Shown here one piece after another: positions 13,178 to 25,660 of a DNA stretch of 64,000 bases. Below the pieces are notes generated by a model. That model ran no database searches. It saw only the letters and a list, made by a program, of their open reading frames with translations, and had not been told where the DNA came from. The position numbers and the translations under genes are program-made. Location: contig NC_042997.1 of assembly GCF_006345805.1 (NCBI RefSeq), forward strand, positions 187,984,001 to 188,048,000, in the 5' to 3' direction. The stretch's first letter is position 1, and every line of letters begins with the position of its first letter. The stretch is from Octopus sinensis (Eukaryota).

Positions 13178-13703
13178 CTAGCAGTATCGCCCGGCGTTGC
13201 TCGGGTTTGTAAGGGAAATAACTATATAAGCATTTTTAGTGAGTTATAGCAAAAAAAAATAGCAAAAAAATGCATTAAAAATGGAATAAAAAATGATGGT
13301 AATTTTGGTGTCTTCAAGCCATGAAGTCGTTGTTCTAAAAGAACGCTGGTCTCCTTGACAATGCTTTACGACGTTGATTTCCTTACACTCCCTTCCCCAC
13401 AGCTTCACGAGGGAGGGAAGAAGGGGGAGAAGCAAACAGGTGCAGATGTGAGCGTGGACGCCAACTCCGCCGCCATCGACACAAAAAAAATTATGCATTA
13501 AAATGGAATAAAAAATGATTTTAAATTATTTTTAAAATCGTAGACTCATCGTAGACGCGCGCTAATACTCAGACGGGCTCGATATGAATCACGACTATAA
13601 GATACCCAAATTTGGTTAAACTGCACCGCAAAATGTGGGAGTAGTTAGGAATCTAAATCGAAGGGGACAGACACTCACACAACTACAGTTTTATATATAT
13701 AGA
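13178..13703 (-). mobile_element. Non-autonomous Helitron (526 bp)
   Basis: 5' TC, 3' hairpin CCCGAGCAACGCCGGG followed by CTAG, inserted between A and T, no TSD. Confidence 0.85.
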
Positions 13704-13704
13704 T

Positions 13705-15130
13705 ATACACATAGGTAGGTAGATAGATACAAAGAGAAAGGGAGATGGTGAGGAAGAGAAAAGAGTTCCATAAACTGAAAAATAGGCACAGAGATTAATT
13801 TATTAATAAATACATAGGTGGATCAGGTGCAAAGGGGATACACAGTTAGATAGATCAATAAATACAGTCAAACAGACCAATATATATCAAGATAGACAGA
13901 CAGACAGACAAACACAGATAGATGGACAAACAAGCACACAGATAGACAGATGGACAGAAAAACACACAGAAATTGAAAGACAGACAGAAAGATTGACATA
14001 TGACTAATAGATGGATCCATAAATATACAGACAGATAGATGTATAGGTGGATGCATAGACAGATAGATACATAAACAGACAGACACATAAACTGACAGAT
14101 AAGTTGATGGATGACGGATGGATGAATGGATAGCTAATGAATATATAGCTAGATGAATGGTTGGGTGAATAGACAGCTGGGTGGATGGATATATGGGTGG
14201 AGGAATAGATATAGACAGACAGTTAGTTGATAGGGTGAGAGATGGATAGACAGATAAGTAGATAGATAGGCAAAGTGAAGGGATAGATAGATAGATGGAT
14301 GGATAAGTAGGCTGGAAGATAGATCGATGAATAGACAGGTAGGTAGATACATGGAGGGATAGATAGATGGTAGTGGATGGATGGACAGACAGACAGACAG
14401 ACAACCAGACAGACATGAATGGATGGTTAGAGATACAGGCAGGTATGTAAATAGAAAAATGGATGGATGGGTGTATAGATAGATGGATAGATGTGTAAAT
14501 AGTTAAATGGATGGATGGATAGGGAGAAAAGTCAATGGATAGATAGGTAGAGAGATTGATGGGTAGATAAAGATATAGATGAATGAATTGAGAGATAAAT
14601 AGATGGATGGATAGATAGCTAGATACTTACATAGATGGATGGTTAGATACATACACACAGATGGATGCAGTGATAGATAGACAGACAGATAGATAGATAG
14701 ATGGACAAACAGACTGATGGAAAGGTATATGGATGGAAAGATAGATAGAATGATACATACATACTGGGATGTTGGTGGGGTGGGCGGGCGGGTGGATAGA
14801 GTCAGATAAATGGATGACAGGATGGATAGATAAACAGGTAGGCGGATGGATGGCTGCATAGATAGATAGACATGTAGGTGAATGGATGGATGGATAGATA
14901 GATATACAGATGGATAGTTGGGTGGATGGACAGACAGATAGATAGATACATAGATAGATAGATAGGAGGATGAATAGATATGTAGGTGAATAGAAAGCCA
15001 GATAGATGGATGAATAGATAGATACCTAAAAGGAGTGATGGATGATTAGATAGAGAGATAGGTAGAGGAAAAGATAGACAGGTAGACGGATGTATAGAAA
15101 GACACCTAGATAGGTAGGTAGATAGACAGA
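13705..15130. repeat. Compound (GATG/GATA/GACA)n microsatellite field
   Basis: Degenerate tetranucleotide repeats; source of the long SIYLSIHP-type ORFs. Similar fields at about 12050-12950 and 19738-19940. Confidence 0.95.
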
Positions 15131-15477
15131 TATACGTATTCGCCACCTCAGCCTGACCTTTCAGAGATAGCTTCCTCTCGGCCCATAGCTGGTTGAGAGT
15201 GACCACCCTGCTCACTATCTCATCCCAGTTCTTCTCCATTTGGATGTCTGGATCAAACCAGACCCTGAGCAATTTAATTGGTCCAGTGTCCCACGGTGGA
15301 GATGCTGTTGGGCAGCATGGGCTTGCTTCTCCAGGTGCCAAGCCACAAGCCCACTGACTTTTTCGGGTTAATTTTTGCTCTTGTTACCAATTCAAATTCT
15401 TTTAGTGTCTCACTGACTAGGTCAATATGCCTGTAGCTTGACACAATGACAGTGACATTGTCTGCATATGCAGACCC

Positions 15478-18165
15478 TTCTCTGTCTAGAGCAGACTGTT
15501 CCTAAGTGTCATGGTCGATGTTGAAGGCTTTCAGTGTGTCCTTAAAGTGCTTCTTCTGGCCGCCTTGTGTGTGCTTTCCCTTTTGCAGCTTGCCAAAGAG
15601 CAATCATTTTGGTAATTGATCGTCTGACATGTGAGCTACGTGCCCTGCACAGTGAAGCTGAGACTGCATCAAGGTGGTATGGATGCAGGGCAGGTTAGCA
15701 CGCATTAGTACCTCAGTGTCTGGGATCCTGTCCCGCCACTTTATGCTGAGAAGTTTTCTGAGGCATATTGTATGAAAGTGGTTCAGCTTTCTGGCATGAT
15801 GCTGGTAGACTGTCCAGGACTCGCAGCCATAAAGCAGCATTGTGAGAACAACAGCTTGGTACACCATGATCTTTGTCATGATGGTGATCCCCATCCTGTC
15901 CCAGACAGTCTTGCGTAGCCTGCCGAAGGCAACACTTGCCTTGGCGAGTCTGGCGTTGATTTCGTCACCGACGATAACACTTCTAGAGAGTGTGCTGCCA
16001 AGGTAGGTGAACTTGTCACTGCATTCAGTTGCTGCCCATTGATGGTGATGTTGAGTTCAATGTAGGGTTTGGTTGGAGCTGGCTGATACATTACCTCAGT
16101 CTTTTTTGTATTGATAGTAAGGCCAAAGTTGTTGCAGGTGCCAGAGAACAAGTCAACGCTGTGCTGCATGTTGGACTCAGTGGCAGCATTGAGAGCGCAG
16201 TCATTAGCGAACAGGACGTTGTTGACGGTATCTACTGAAACCTTGGTTTTCACTTTGAGCCTCCCAAGGTTGATGACTGAACTGTCGGACCGGTACTTGA
16301 TGCTGATGCCTATGTCTGTGTCCCTGAAAGCATCTGTCAGCATGACTGAGAATGTAAGACTGAACAAGGTCAGAGCAAGGACACATCTCTGTTTCACTCC
16401 ACTGGAATCGGGGAATGGATCAGAGGTCTCTCCGTTGTCCTGTACCCTTGCCAACATGCCATCGTGTAGTTGTCTTACGATGGTGATGAATTTTCTGGGG
16501 TATCCATGCTTCGCCAAGATTCTCCAAAGACCTTCTCTACTAACGGTATCAAAGGCCTTGGTCAGGTCAATGTAGGTGGAGTAGGGGTCAATGTTCTGCT
16601 CCCGATATTTCTCCTGCAGCTGTCTAGCAGCAAACACCATGTTGATAGTCCTATGCTCTTTCCGGGAGCCACACTGGCTCTCATGTAGGAGACCCTTCTC
16701 TAGGTGTGCAATGAGGTGGTTCAGCAAAACTCTAGCCAGGATCTTGCCTGGCAGTAAAATTCTGTAAAACAGCAGTAAAATTCTGCAATGATTGTCGCAG
16801 ACCTGGTGGTTTCCATTTCAAGGTGGATGATGGAGGTGTCCTTGAAGTCCTGAGGCACCGACTTGTGCATCCAGATGAGCTGAAACAGCTGGTGAATTTT
16901 CCTGGTCAGGGCCATACCGCCTTCTTTGAATACTTCAGCTGGGATGGAGTCTGGACCAGGTGCTTTGCCACTGGACAGTAGGTGGCATACTTTCTGAATT
17001 TCCTCCAAAGTTGGTTCGACATCCATTGACTCCTCAACAGGGACTTGAGGTAGCCTATCGATGGCTTCAGCATTGCTGGTGGAAGGCCTATTCAGGATGC
17101 TGTCGAAATATTTAGCCCATCTCTCTAATACCTTTTCCTTGTCAGTGATCAGTGTTGCCTCGTCAGCACTAAGGAAGGGAGACAGTGTTCTTGCAGTAGT
17201 AGGGCCGTAAACTTCCTTCAAGCTGTCATAGAAATTCTTCATGCCATTTCTGTCTGCAAAGCCCTGGATCATGTCTGCTTTGCTGCTAAGCCAGGAATCC
17301 TGCATCTGGCGAAACTTCGTTTGGATTTTGCTCCGTACAATCCACAGTCTGTCCTTCTTTGAAACTGACTTGGGGTCAGTGAAGTGAGCTTTGTAAACAC
17401 AATGCTTTTCCTCTAGTAGTTGCTTGACCTCCACACAGTTCTCATCAAACCAGTCCTTGTGCTTTTTTGTAGATGGCCCAAGGCATTCCATGGCTGTGTC
17501 GTACAACATCACCCAGAGTGCAACCCAGGCTTCCTCAATATCCTTGCCTTGTAGCACAATGGGGTCCAAGCGCTGCTCCAATGTATCAGTAAATAGCTGC
17601 TTGACATTACTATCCTTCAGCTTGCCGATGTTCAAGCGTTTTGGTGCTTTCCTATTTTGTGGTCGTCTCTTGGGCTGGGGTCTCTCCAGTTTGAGGTTGG
17701 ATACAACAAAGCAGTGATCTATCCAGCGTTCTGCACCACACATGGTCTTCATAACTCATACGTCTTGCCTGTCCCTCTTCCTTATAATAGCGTAGTCGTG
17801 CCAGTGCTTTGACCGGGGATGCATCCATGACGTTATGTTGTGGGTGGTGAGATTAAAGATGGTGTTGATCAGGAGGCCATGCTCTTCACAGGTCTGGAGG
17901 AGTAGCAGACCATTGCTGTTGCCAACTCCATGTTTCCCAATCACTCCTTCTCAGGAGACACTATCACGACCACCTCACGCATTGAAGTCACCTAGAATGA
18001 TGAGTTTGTCTGCGTGGGGAGCCGCGGTGCTGACAGAGTTCAAGTCTTCATAGAACTTGTCCTTGGTCTCATTTGGATTCGTCATGGTGGGGGTATAGGT
18101 GCTGACAATGATGTACTTCTGTCTGCGAGAAAGGGGGAGTCTCATCATCATTAGGCAATCATTGG
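15478..18165 (-). mobile_element. BovB-like RTE LINE body (endonuclease C-half and RT), frameshifted, 3' truncated
   Basis: NDCLMMMRLPLSRRQK...FYEDL...LIILGDFNA, GKAPGPDSIPAEVFK, YIDLTKAFDTVSREGLW, GVKQRCVLALTLF, LFANDCAL and LLYGCESWT. Confidence 0.95.
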
Positions 18166-18179
18166 GGTGTACAGGGTGT

Positions 18180-19324
18180 ACGGGAGGGGTAGTACCTATC
18201 ACAAGGCAACAGTCGTGCTCCTCCTTGGAGTAGTTGATCCACCTTGGTCCCCACCTGCACTCAGCTTTCACTTGTGGCTCCTAGTAGTTATTTGTATGCA
18301 ACAACAGCCACACCCTAGGCAACGTCTTTGACTAGCCGGCTAAACCAAGAGAGGGTAGCCGACTGGTCTTAAACATTCGCCGAGTTAGGGCTTGCCTACC
18401 TACGCATATGAAAACTAGAGCCGGCTGATTCTACAGAAGAAACCACCAGAACGGTTTCAACAGAGAAGAGGGTGGTTACAGCAGGGCACCGTGGAGTGCA
18501 TAGGGCAAGATGAGGCACTATAGGACATCTTGCTCATTTACTGCATCCAGTTCTGTCCCCAGTCATCTCGATCTGGTCTTGCCACTGGTTAAGACAGTCT
18601 CAGACGAGAGAATGAGGTCAGCGATGCGCAACTCTTCCTCACTTTAAACAAAGTTTTCTCACGCAAGTCATCTTTCATCCTTCTTTCTACCCCTTCATCC
18701 CAAAGTCCTGTGGCAACAGGCATGCGATGAAGTGACAGGTGTGGGTACACTGGAAGTCATAGCCACAAACCTGCACACAGGCAGTTCAGGCCACAGGGTC
18801 GCTATTCACTGACCTGGAGCAGCACTGGATTTCGGCAGCCGTCTGGGCGACTAAGCAGTCCTATTTAGGAATGCACTGCTCACCTCCATGGCATGAGGAG
18901 TGGACTAGAAAAGGTGTCCCAAACATTGCCTGCTCCACCTACCTAGCCAGCCTACCGTGATTGGAGGGGATCCTACACACTGCGGTCGAAACAAAGAAAG
19001 AAAAAGAGTGACGCGTACACCACTCATCCTCGCTGCTTGGAACGTTCGTACGCTTCTTGACAGAGACAAGTCGGAGAGACCCCAGAGATGCACAGCAAAT
19101 GAACTCGCCAGATATAGCATCGACATTGCTGCTCTCAGCGAAACCAGGCTGCCGGGCGAAAGCAAACTACAGAAAAAGGTGCAGGATACACTTTTTTTTT
19201 AAGTGGATGTGGACCTGAAGAGAGAAGAGAGGCTGGAGTTGGCTTTGCAGTTAAGTCGACATTAGTTGGCTTTGCAGTTAAGTCGACATTGGTTGGCAAG
19301 TTGATTGATCCCCCAAAAGGTATC
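18180..19324 (+). mobile_element. Inverted 5' part (5' UTR and endonuclease N-terminus) of the same RTE
   Basis: LILAAWNVRTLLDRDKSERP...ELARYSIDIAALSETRL...GKLIDPPKGI on the plus strand ends where the minus-strand body begins (NDCLM). Confidence 0.9.
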
Positions 19325-19940
19325 CCTATCTACTGCCCTACAGAATACTCTATCTAAATACGATCTGGACAACCCACTGTGGTTGATCCATGTCCACATT
19401 GGCACATTTGAGTAGTTCAGTCAGTACCTATTGGATAGTTGGAAACGTCTGAGCAGGTCTTTGAAGCATTTGCATACCCTTCTCTTCCTATCTCTACTTA
19501 CATAGTCTAGACGCATATCCAAGATAGCATTCCAATACCCTATTAGAAGTAAAGGTCGAGACGTTCCCAGGAAAACCTCTAGACATCGAAAGAAATCTGG
19601 CTGACCTGTTAAAGATGGTGCATATACTGTTATCAGTCAAAGAGCACAACCATTACTGCCATCGACATCCAAGATAACCAGCCTACCCTCCGGGTCTAGG
19701 AATACTGCCCTTTGAGTTCCAAACACTTTCAAAAAAGATAGATGGATAGACAGATAGCTAGATGGGTGGGTGGGTGGGTGATTGGATAGATGGCTGGATG
19801 GATGCATAGATAGCTAGCTGAATGGACTGATGGATGGATAAATGGTTGAATGGCTGGTTGGCTGGCTGGCTGGCTGGATGGATGGATGGATAGCTAACTG
19901 GGTGGATGGTCAGACAGATGGATAGATAAATAGATAGATA

Positions 19941-21886
19941 TGTTTCTTTATTGGCCACACAGGGCTGAACACAGAAGGGCAAAATACAAAGTAGAGCTTT
20001 TCTTTTTGGGAAGGAAAGAAAAAGAAAAGGTGAGGGTAGAATTTCTATCAAAAGGGATCGTGGTCAAAAAAAAAAAACAATCAATTGGGATCGTGTATCA
20101 CAGAAGTGTCTTAGTGTAAAATGGGAAACAGATTAGGTTTATCTGTGGAAAGAAAAGCTCACGGTAACTTCGGGCAATGGTGTAAGTAACTCTCTTTTTT
20201 CCTTTCTTTTTCTGGTTCATAGGACTATGCTCAAGGTGGCTCCGTCATTCACACGTGCCATCCTTGCTACATTCACCCACATTTTTTTGAAACATTCACT
20301 AGACAAAACTTCCCTTTCTACTGCCACCTTCCTCTTCAAGTGATACTTGAAGAAGTTGATGAGAGATTCACTAGAGAGGAAAGTATTTGTCTCTAGACCT
20401 TTCAGACATGTCCACCATACATATTCTTTTGCCATAGTCACAAGTACGATGAAAAAGGCTCTTCCTTCCCATTTCAAGGAAAGAGGCACAACAGTATTCA
20501 TGACAGACTCAGTTGATAAACTGACTCATCTCACATGCAATGGCAGTCGTTCGACATAGGCCCACAGGTCGGAAATGGTTGGACACTGTACAAGTGTGTG
20601 CAGAACGGTTTCGCCACTGACCGCATCTTGGACAGGTCGACCCCATATTTCTCAAGCCATGGCTGTAGAGCTTATCCTGAATGGGTAGCGCTTCTTGATA
20701 GCACTGCCAGGCCAAGGATCTCCAGAAGTTGTCCATAGGTCCCGGCCTGAAAGTTGTCTTGAACAGGCGGGTCAGGTATTCCTCGTCAACACCCAGGTTT
20801 GCCCCGAGATCATCATCATACCTCCCCTCCACTAATCTCCTATAGAATGCTTTGATTGTGTTGCAGTCACTCAAGGTCAACCTGGGACGGCATAGTTGCT
20901 CGAGAGCAACGCGACACTAGTGATGCCATTCGCACTTCTTCGGCCTCTTTTTGATCAACGACTGCAGTTCAGTCATGGAGATGAGCTGTGGGAAAGAACA
21001 CCTCACAAACGGCGACCACACATGTTCACAGTCGTCTACGTAGAGCTGGAGATGCTGCAGTCTCAGAGCGTGTCTGTGCATCATCAACCACAGTATGCCC
21101 AGCTCTCCTTTTAATGGGTGTTGGCAGCAAACGGATCACCTGACCATCAGAACGCATTCTTTCCACAAGAAGCGGAAGAGAATGAATTCCAGTTTAGTGA
21201 TGGTAGGGTCAGGACAAGCCACGACGGTTAGGCGGTAGTAGATGATGGACTGCGATGTACATTTTTGCCACTTCTGCCCGACCTTTTAGGGACAGCTTCC
21301 TCTCAGCCCATTGCCAGGCGAGAGTGACCACCCTACTCATTATCTCATTCCAGTTCCTCTCCGTTTGGAGGTCTGGACCATCGGTCCAGTGTCCCTGAAT
21401 GGAGGCGCTGTTGAACGGCATGGGCTTGCTTCTCCAGGTGCCAAGCTGCAAGCCCACTGACTTTTCCCGGTAAATTTTCATTCCTGTTACCACTTTGTAG
21501 TCTTTCAGTGTCTCACTGACGAGATTGATGTGCTCCTGGCTAGACACTATGATGGTGATGTCATCTGCATATGTGGACATGCTCATCCTGCATCCCAATC
21601 CTCACAGGATGCCCCTCAGCGTTGCCAGCTTTTGCAGTAGTGGCTCGAGAGTCAATACATACAGAAGCGATGAAAGGGGGTATCCCTGACAGACCAAACG
21701 TGCAATGTCGAAAGGTCTCGATAGATGTCCATTCATGCAAATTACCGTAAGGATGCCTGTATACAAGGTAGCTATCCAACCGTGGAAGACAGGACCGAAA
21801 CCAGCCGCTATGAGAACAGCCTCTTACCGTATCAAAAGCTTTTGATTGATCCAAATTGATCAGGGCCCCACCCATGCCAGGTTCTT
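19941..21886 (-). mobile_element. 5'-truncated Tx1/L1-clade LINE with intact 3' end
   Basis: ALINLDQSKAFD, YADDITIIVS, zinc-finger CPRC...H..C and 3' end TGTGGCCAATAAAG followed by (TATC)n. Confidence 0.9.
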
Positions 21887-24300
21887 TAACTACCCTATGA
21901 CAGACAGGCAGGTAGGTAGGTAGGCAGACAGACAGACAGATCTATAGGATAGATAGATGGAGAGATATATAGATAGGATAAATAGAAATATAGATAAGCT
22001 AGATAGGTAGACAGACAGATAAATAGTTGGATGGATGGTTGGATAGATAGATGGACGGATGAATTGATAGATAGCTGGATGGATGGATGGATAGATTGAT
22101 TGATTGATAGGTAGATGGATGGACTGATAGACTGATTGATGGATGAATGAGTAGATGGATGGATGGTAAAACAGGTAGATTGAATAATGGATGGGTAGAT
22201 GCATGTATAGATATATAGATAGATGAATGAGAGGATAGATAAATGGATAATTAAAGTGGTGTAAGGACGGGTAGATAGGCAAATGGATGGATGAATGGAT
22301 GAGTAAATGAATGATAGATTGGTGGATGGATTGATAGATTGATGTGTTTATAGACAGATGATGGATGCACAGATAGACAAGCAGATGAATGGATGAATAG
22401 ATATTCAGATGGATGGATGGATAGACAGGTAAATAGCTGGATGGATGGATAGATAGATTAATGAATTGCTAGATGTATGGATCGGTAGGTAGATAGACAG
22501 ATAGCTGGAACAGATGGATGGATGAATGCACACATGGATGAGTGGATAGAAAGATAGATAACAGAGGGGATGGATAGATGGATGGAAGGATGTTGGGAGG
22601 AATGGATAAATGGAACAGATAGATAGATGCATACATGGATGGGTGGATAGAAGGATGGATGACAGGATGGATAGATGAATGGATTGATGGAGGGGAAGGA
22701 AAGATGGAAAGATGGTTGGCTGGATAGATGGCAGGATGGGATGATGGATGTATAGATGGAAGGATGGATTGATGGACGGATAAATGGAAGGATGGACAGA
22801 GATGAATGGATGGATAGACGGATGGACAGATAGATAAATAGATGGATGGATGGATTAGACGAGTAGATGGATGGATAGATTGATTGATAGATAGGCAGAT
22901 AGATAGATGGGTGAATGGATATGTAAGTATACAGATGGATGAATTGATAGATAGATGGTTGGAATGGCATGTAGAAAGACAAATGGATGGATGCCTGGAT
23001 GAACGTATGGAGAGTTACATAGATGAATGGATGGATAGAATGAGTAACATGTTTCTTGATGGATGAATGGATAGGCTGTTACTTTCCTTTTTTGTTTTGA
23101 TGACTGGATAGACACCTGGGTGGATGCATGGATAGTAATGGAAATAGATTGTTGGATAGGTACCTAGATGGATTGACAGTTTTATGGATGTATATGGTTA
23201 TTTAGCTGGAAAGATAGTTACCTGGATGGATGGATAGATAGACGGATGGACAGTGACCTAGATTGATGCATAGATGGATAGACAATAACCTGGGTGCATG
23301 GATGGATGGATAGTTGCCGAACAGTATGGCTGGATGGTACCAAGTGGGATGGATGTATGGATGGCTCGTTAACCAAGATTATTCGATGGATAGTCAGACG
23401 GATAGTTACCTATATGGATCAATGGATGGATAAATAGTTGCATAGCTGGATAGATTGAAATACTTTTTTGTGAATGGATGGCAGGATAGACAGTTATATG
23501 GATGGATGGGTGGTTATGTAAATGTATTGATAGTTTTATGGATAGTTACCTGGGTAGCTGGAGTATAGCCGGAGAGATGGAGGTTAGTTTAGGACAGATA
23601 CTTACCTCGATGTATGGTTGGATGGGTGGATGGATGGATGGAAGGATGAATGGATGGATGACAGCTACCTAAATTGGTGTTTAGATGGATTGAGTTTCAT
23701 AGATGGATAGATGCATGAATGGACAGTTACCTAGGTGGATGGATGGAGGGAGGGCAGAAGCATTATCTAAATGGATAGACAGATAGTTGATAGATTGATA
23801 GACAGATAAATGGACAGGCAGGTATAGATCGATAGATGGGTGCATAGTTACCTAGTCAGATAGTTACTTGGATAGGTAGATAGATGCACGGATAGATACC
23901 TGGACAGATCGATAGAAAGTCAGTTTCCTGGATGGATGGATGGATGGATGGAATGTTACCTGGATAGATGGAGTTTTATCTAGATAGAGAAAGAATGAAT
24001 GGATGCATAGTCACCTAGATAAATATATTGTTACCTGGATGGGTGGACATATAGTTACCTAGATAGATGGATGGATGAATATATAGTTACCTAGACAAAT
24101 TGATGGGTGAATAATCACCCAGATGGATGAGGGGATTGAGGGGTGGATGCACGGACGGACGAACAGTTACCTTGATATGTGAATGGATGGATGGTTACCT
24201 AGATGGGTGGATAGATAGAGATCAATGTACATTTAAGATAGACACATAGATCGGTAGGTAGATACATGGATAGTAGCTTGACAGAGCGATGGTTAGAGAT
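21887..24300. repeat. 2.4-kb (GATG/GATA)n field; the distal part contains a repeated ATAGTTACCT motif
   Basis: Direct inspection; 12 copies of TTACCT between 23218 and 24200. Confidence 0.95.
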
Positions 24301-25487
24301 ATTTAGGTAGCGGGAAAGATTTTTCGAAATTATGTATATATATAGTAAATAGAGTGATTGCACACACACACACACAAACACGTACATATACAAGACTGTG
24401 CATGTCCAATCGTACGTGTCTATATGTATATGCACGCTCACGTAAACCAAATTGATGTCGGCTGTAATGAAATGTTAAACTATTTGCAATGTTTCCACTG
24501 AGTAATATTTATCAACTCCGCTTTGCAATCTATTGTAATCATATATAAACGGGCACCTTGGCTATTGACGCACTCTTAATACTCTCCACCTTCAAGTTTC
24601 TCCGCCTCTCCACCTTCATACAATGGTTAATCTTCAACTTTTACATTTAACATTTCTCCCTGACTGGTGGGTTGTTAAAGATTTCCATGCTTTCCTCTTA
24701 TTTCCTCTCCCTTTCCCAATCATCTATTTACTTCCTCCCCCACTACTACCCTTTCCTTTCCCCGACCCTCTTCGTGTCTTTAACTCACCTTATGTACATT
24801 GTATGCCAACGTTAACCTTAGCTGTATCTATGAAACAGCTTCCCTTTATGCATTCAATCTTATATTCCCCACTCCATTTCGTTAACTTCTCTTTCAATTA
24901 TTATAACGAGAAAGAATTCCCCCTCCGTCGTCGACTTTCCCTTATTTTCTTTCTTTTCTTCGGTCTTTCTCCGCTGTCACTATCTCTCTCTCTCTCTAAC
25001 CTTGCTATATAATCTTTTAATAAAGATGAGAGATAGAGATAGAGAGAAGGGCAGAAAAAGAGTGTAAGAGAGATTCATATATTGCCACCAACATAAACGT
25101 GTACACAGCCACAAGCTTAGAACGAAAAAGACCAAATAATAATAATAATGATGATAAATAAGTTAATGTCCTTCACCCTTTCTTTCTCTTTCACCCCCGA
25201 AACACTCTTCATCATTCATCCCGATCCTCCCCCTCATACCGCTCGCTCTTTAACACACAGCATAAAGTAAATATGCTTATAAAGGTTCACTTACAGCTAG
25301 CTACACAAACACTCACATTCACACTCACACAAACAGTTATGTTCTCATCCTTAACGTTTCTTTCCTCTCACCGATCGATAGATAGCAAGTGTCCGTGACG
25401 CCCTCCACCGAAAAACTAGAAAGCAGATAGAGAATAAAAGAAAATAAATAGGTCACAGCCTCGTTTTCCACATGAATCTACGTTTAC

Positions 25488-25660
25488 CCTTGTCACCAGC
25501 ATACTGCCAGCCCTGACGGATTGATTCCGAACAGTCCCGAATATTGACGAACTGGTTGGTCCAGGCTTGCATGTTGCTGATCACATTGTTGTCCAATCAA
25601 ACAACAGATTCAAACTACCGCCACCAGATATCGCTTCCCGCAATATGACGTCACCAAAGC
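25488..25660 (-). promoter_or_regulatory. Candidate promoter and first exon of a second minus-strand gene
   Basis: Full CRE TGACGTCA at about 25647-25654, TTCCCGC (E2F-like) and CCAAT nearby, in a CpG-rich island. ATG at 25572 opens MQAWTNQFVNIRDCSESIRQGWQYAGDK, ending at an AAGG|GTAAAC donor (exon end 25488, phase 1). Protein not recognised. Confidence 0.4.

Larger units (their letters stand above)
15131..19738 (-). mobile_element. Tx1/L1-clade LINE fragment split by the RTE insertion; pieces 15131-15477 and 19325-19738
   Basis: YADNVTVIVS and EKNWDEIVSRVVTLNQLWAERKLSLKGQAEVANTYI. The two pieces are collinear when compared with the copy at 19941-21886. Confidence 0.85.

Noticed and set aside
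13855-24450. Many long ORFs rich in SIYL/HPSI/MDG
   Set aside because: Translations of tetranucleotide microsatellites that lack stops in some frames.
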